Positions 59,384 through 64,000 of a stretch of DNA of 64,000 nt are shown here, one piece after another. Origin of the DNA: Oikopleura dioica (taxonomy: Eukaryota; Animalia; Chordata). The notes under the pieces were generated by a model. That model had not been told where the DNA came from and made no database searches. It saw only the letters and a program-made list of their open reading frames with translations. How positions within the stretch are numbered: position 1 is the first letter of the stretch; every line of letters starts with the position of its first letter. The stretch is taken from contig OU015567.1 of assembly GCA_907165135.1 (NCBI GenBank), forward strand, positions 9,300,001-9,364,000. Direction: 5' to 3'. Made by a program: the position numbers and the translations under genes.

Positions 59384-62037
59384 ACTGAATCGCAAGTTGA
59401 TTTACTCATCTTCAAATTGTATTGAGGATTAAAATTAACCCGAAACAGGGGATTTGGCTCCTTAGGGTGCAATAAAAGATTTGTGCTCCTGTAATTGAGG
59501 TTGGATTAATTGAAAAAGGTTACCCATAATTTAATTCCATGCCGATTCGCGATTATTCCCTGTAGATCCCTTTCAATACTGTATGGAAAATACAGTTTTC
59601 CTTACATTTGCATCAAAATGATGGCCAGTCAATGACCCGTGAAATATCGTTGAATAGTGATAATCCGCATACTGAGATGATACAATACTGACATAGAAAC
59701 ACACTGTAAAAGATATTAGTAAGGACATTTATCAGATCATCTACGAACTTTCTCCAAGCAAGGTTTCATCTTGTATTCTAGCTGCAAAGTCAACACAACG
59801 GATTCAATCGTCTGGATAAACAGCAAAGCTGGTGCAAGTGGGGAGCTTTCCATACCTCGCGCCGTTTCTATTGGCATGGAGCAACTCATGGACCTCGGCA
59901 AAGTCTCCTTCACTAGTGGAGGTAAATGCAGCATTATATTTCTGTAATTAGAAGTTAACTCTTTACGGACGACGCCAGTGCCAATTTTAGTGAATAATTG
60001 ATTGACTATAACCTTAACTCAATATTCTGAGATTAGGTTTTTGCCCCTGGCGATCAGCCAGGTGCAATCGCCGAGAGCCATCGGGCGATCTCGCTTGACC
60101 TGTATACTTATGTCAGCTTACACCATCTAAATTAATTACAATACTCATATTCTGCAGGCATAAATAATGAACTAACGTCGCGTTTACGTCGCTTTTCTGG
60201 CAGTGGAGTATAAATAGTTGAGCACGGATACTCTTGTATCGATCAAACTGGCAATGATAATATATAAAACTAGACATTAGGAGTAATTGACTGAAAAGTC
60301 ACAAGATGAGTTGAAATGTTTTAAGATTATTCTCTGACGATCCAAAATGTTGATGATGATAAACAAGGACTCTGGAACTGTCAGCAAGCGGGTCGAATAG
60401 TCGCGTCTTACAATCTCATTGTCGATGGTAAATATTCAAATGAATGCTTCCAAATCCATTTAACACCGTCTTTCCCAGTGCCACCTGAAATTGAAATGGT
60501 GTCATCCTCGCCCGTCGAAGTAGGTGAAGATTCGACGTTGATCTGTCAGGCATCTGGGCGACCCCGACCGAAGATTTACTGGACACGAAAGGGAGGAGAA
60601 ACTATAGGTATGTTGAATCAATGCGTAGAGTTATAGAAAATAAACAATTTGCGTGGAATCAGAGTTATTGATTTTGGATTATTCAGACGGAGCCAAAACG
60701 ATCGAACTTGCTGATGCAGATGGAGTTCAGCGATCCCAAGGTACATCTACATGTCTTTAATCCCTTCCATTACAATGCAATTATTCCGACCCCGTTTATA
60801 AAGAAACCAACAATAGTACCTCATAGTATCTCATTTTGATTTCAGGAACTTTGGTGGTTCAAAATGTGACAAAATCGATGATTGCGGAAATTTCCTGCAA
60901 CGCACAAAGCCGCGCTACCACGGCCACCCAAACGACAGATGTGAACGTGAAATGTAAGCGCGATTTGATTTTTGACTGATCATTAGCTTGGAACACACAG
61001 ACACAAACGAATAGAGGCACAGATGCTCGTTAACGATAATTGTTTTGTATTTTGTCCCGAAATCATCATTTCCCTTGAGTGCGCTAATCACAATTACATG
61101 AGCGCGTGTTCGTGATTTGTTTTGTGCCTTTGGGTTGAAATGATGTTCTCGGGGTCAAGATACGCTCTCATGCATGCTAGTTCATCATCACAATGTGTCA
61201 TTTACATTTCCATCTTCAATGAATTTCTATTCATTTACGCATGATCAACATTTCAATAAAAATTTTGAGCAATAATTAATGCTAGGCTCAAGGTTTTTCC
61301 CTCGCATGATTTTAAACAAAGATTTTAAAAATTGTATAGCTGCCCCCGTGGTGATAACAGAGGAGGGTTTGGGGATGACGAAGCGAAGGTATGCCAAAGT
61401 AGGCAGTGCCACCCAAGTCTCCTGCATCGTACAAGGATTTCCTATTCCTACTGTACGATGGTGGCTCGATGAGCGATTGTAAGTTGCTCACAAGAGATAG
61501 GTTTTATTAATGATCATAGCTTGCGGATTGATGAGATCGAGGACGAGCGCATAAAGTTATGTACGAATGTCAGGGATGACGCCAAGTATGGCCGCATTAT
61601 AATTTACACGATATGGAAGTGTTCATCAATTTTTAAACTCATTTTTAGTCCAAAAATGTCACTCTTGCTTTCTCGCCTTGCTCTTTAACGACAACGATAC
61701 AGTAATAATGCAATAGCTCTAAGTACCATCGATGCAAGTCAAGAGCTTGAGTAAAAATCATTTTTGAGCACTGTAAAAGCAATAAAAGAAGTGAAAGATG
61801 CCGACTTCGGCGTATACAAGTGTGAACCTTCTAATGAACTTGGATCCGACCATTTCAAAGCAGTCCTTGCCCGTAACAAGGCAAAATTTTAGATACAATT
61901 TAACACTCATCCTAGGCCTTCCGAAAACCACGAACGAAGCTCAAACTCAAGCACGCAAATCGGGCCAAAATGGAGCCTCTACTCGATCTGTGAATTTGCT
62001 AACGCTTGGATTCCTGCTTGCGTATCTCCTTATTTAA
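59234..62037 (+). CDS. IgLON/lachesin-like GPI-anchored three-Ig-domain cell adhesion protein
   Basis: Signal peptide MKFAKIATLQILLVNA; Ig1 VRLSC..W..DYSLTIQNV..GLWNC; Ig2 TLICQASGRPRPKIYW..LVVQNV..ISCNA; Ig3 VSCIVQGFPIPTVRW..DFGVYKCEPSNELG; hydrophobic end LLTLGFLLAYLLI* with no cytoplasmic tail. One junction needs a 1-nt correction at ~61761-61765. Confidence 0.85.
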
Positions 62038-62607
62038 GAAAAAATACTGCTTTTCCGAAACAAAATCAGCCACGTTACCTCCACTTATTTGTACAGAATC
62101 TCAAAATTACATTCACTTTTGATAATTTAGTAGAACACATGTGACACATGTATTTACATCCCTTTTTCAAGACTAAAATTGACAAGTTGCAATCCACCCC
62201 TTGCCGAGGCTCGCTTGGCGTCCAAGTTCTTGCTGTAATGAATAAAATATTTCAAAAAAAAACCTGGGTGTTGATTTTGATTAAAACAAGAGAGAGATCA
62301 CAAGGATTGTAGGATTGAAGGCATCATGTGGCTTATCATAAGGCAGCCTTTTTGTTTAATAGACAATAACAAGTACTGGAATTTAGTATCTGCAAAGTCC
62401 AATTCATATCCTGATCAAACAAGGCAGTTGATTGAGCATCATGACTCATGATTCATGAGTCTACTAAGCATATGATTTTTATTTGCTTCTTGTTGAAAAC
62501 GCATAGCAAATGTTGTCTAGTCACCGTGCAAATAGTGCCATGCCGTTGAAATTCAAATAGAACGTGCGTCCAGAACGAAAATTTCAATAACACACTAAAT
62601 TTTAAAT

Positions 62608-62802
62608 ATGCGTTTTGTAAGAGAGGTCGGAGAACTGCTTGATGCCATCAAGGACAAGATCGATGGTGGAGCTGAAGGGCTCCTTGGCGATGCTGGAGAT
62701 GCAGTAGCAGATGCTTTCGGCAATGTTGGAGAGAGTATCGATAAAGCTGTCGGCGGTGCTGTTGACAACGCTGGTGATGCATTCGAGGTCGTCCAAACAT
62801 AA
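62608..62802 (+). CDS. Short Gly/Ala/Asp-rich amphipathic ORF (64 aa; complete gene or last exon)
   Basis: Strong GNN codon bias; MRFVREVGELLDAIKDKIDGGAEGLLGDAGDAVADAFGNVGESIDKAVGGAVDNAGDAFEVVQT*; a tttgtaag acceptor lies inside its 5' end. Confidence 0.55.
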   Translation: MRFVREVGELLDAIKDKIDGGAEGLLGDAGDAVADAFGNVGESIDKAVGGAVDNAGDAFEVVQT

Positions 62803-64000
62803 CCACAGCGTTTTTTAAAAGAAGAGAACATCCATCTAGTTGAAGGAGGAAAGACATCAAAGCTTGTCTTTTAATTCTGATTAAAAATATTCTTCGCGGC
62901 GGAACAGATGGCAACAACAAAACCAGGCCATCACCAGCTCGTTATTAATTATTTTAGGCGACACGAATTGCTTTCCAATAAGGGCGAGTACGCGAGCGCG
63001 TTTTCCCAATCGTGAAATTTGTCAATTTTGAGCGCTACCGTATTGATTCCTAATCAGCAGCATGTTCTTTGAAGAATGAAAGCCATAGCAATTGTGATGA
63101 TGGCTTAATTTATTAATCTTTGCTATGTTTGCAGCTTTCAGATTTTTAAAAGGAAGATGTTATCGTCTTTTTAAGATTATTCAAAGGGCCTTTAGAAATA
63201 TCAACTCTGAATTTTAAATGAAAAGTCTTTTCACTCAGAATACACTCAAAACTGACCTCAAAGTTCAATTTGCTTGCCCGAAGTCATGATTTAGTAGTCA
63301 TTGCAATAACTCCTTCCAAATGCTACCAAAGCTTTGAACTTTGGTGAAAATATACTTTGCTGCGGAAAAATATTGGTATATCTGACAAACTGTGTCATTC
63401 AACTGTCAACCTAAGTTCAGGTCAAAGTTTCAAGCCCAATCTTTCTCCAAGAAACATCTCGATGAAATCGAAATTGTTTTGCATCAGAGTAGAAAGCAAA
63501 GAAGCCATGCTTTTATCAATTATTTGTTAAACATCAATGCTAATTTTATTCCCGCAACTTGAACGAAAATGAAACATAATCATTTAAAGTCGTCCTTGCT
63601 GGATAATAGACTTAGCTACAATAAGAAAAACACCGTTTGTCCACAAGATGAAGGCGTAATTGTCGTTTTGGTTTTATAATGTCCTGCCCCAAGGGGTGAA
63701 AAGCTGAAATTCGCGCTGGCACGCCACCTTTACTTTTAGGCTGCGGCGCAACCCCGTCCGCTTCAATTACGCCTGGTGACTTTTTCCAAACGATAGAATC
63801 ACTCGGCTCTTATCAACGTAAACTGCCATAGAATTTTTCAAAGGACAAAAATGAAGTTTGCAAAGATAGCAACGCTACAGATACTGCTTGTAAATGCACA
63901 AGAGAAGAAACCACAGGAGAAAATCATCAGTCGAGGTGGAGATGTTCGTCTCAGGTAAGCTAACGATAATCAGGAATCTTAACTCAAAAGTGTTTGTGGC
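62781..64000 (+). repeat. Segmental direct repeat, copy B (runs off the window)
   Basis: About 99% identical by eye to 58165-59383. Confidence 0.95.
63851..63954 (+). CDS. Exon 1 of a second IgLON-like paralog (or allele)
   Basis: 104-nt exon identical to 59234-59337 (MKFAKIATLQILLVNAQEKKPQEKIISRGGDVRL), followed by a gtaagc donor. Confidence 0.8.

Overview
Compact, gene-dense animal genomic DNA, most likely the larvacean tunicate Oikopleura dioica or a close relative. That assignment is an inference from ~40-60 nt introns, one GA-AG intron, and unpaired 3' splice acceptors just before most start codons in tightly packed co-oriented clusters, as expected for SL trans-spliced operons. About 28 protein-coding loci can be reconstructed by hand-splicing. 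In order: a DEAD-box-like N-terminus (-), a small secreted Cys peptide precursor, the cluster DRG2 / Maf bZIP / TPX2-like / IPO5 / MTHFD2-like / POLD1 / MVK, a MIF4G protein (-), the cluster smORF / ABHD18 / lunapark / RING-TRAF-ZnF, then Zic, a PLA2-like secreted protein and a CK1-like kinase. These are followed by the cluster hnRNP A/B-D / IFT88 / BNIP1(SEC20) / KIF3A, with a CEMIP/TMEM2-like gene nested antisense in the 4.5 kb BNIP1 intron. The right third holds RABL6, a CELF3-6 gene apparently lacking RRM1, CIB2/3, a secreted coiled-coil + Caspr-type fibrinogen + ALK-type Gly-rich protein, and a tandemly duplicated IgLON-like GPI-anchored Ig gene. The most striking unexplained element is a tandem pair of ~375 nt tRNA-headed, T-run-terminated units in the 965 nt intron at 54929-55893. 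Their bodies have diverged in sequence but keep the same stems through compensatory changes, which suggests a structured Pol III ncRNA or unusual SINE family. Several single-base slips in homopolymers point to sequencing/assembly indels. All calls are by eye; no database search was run.
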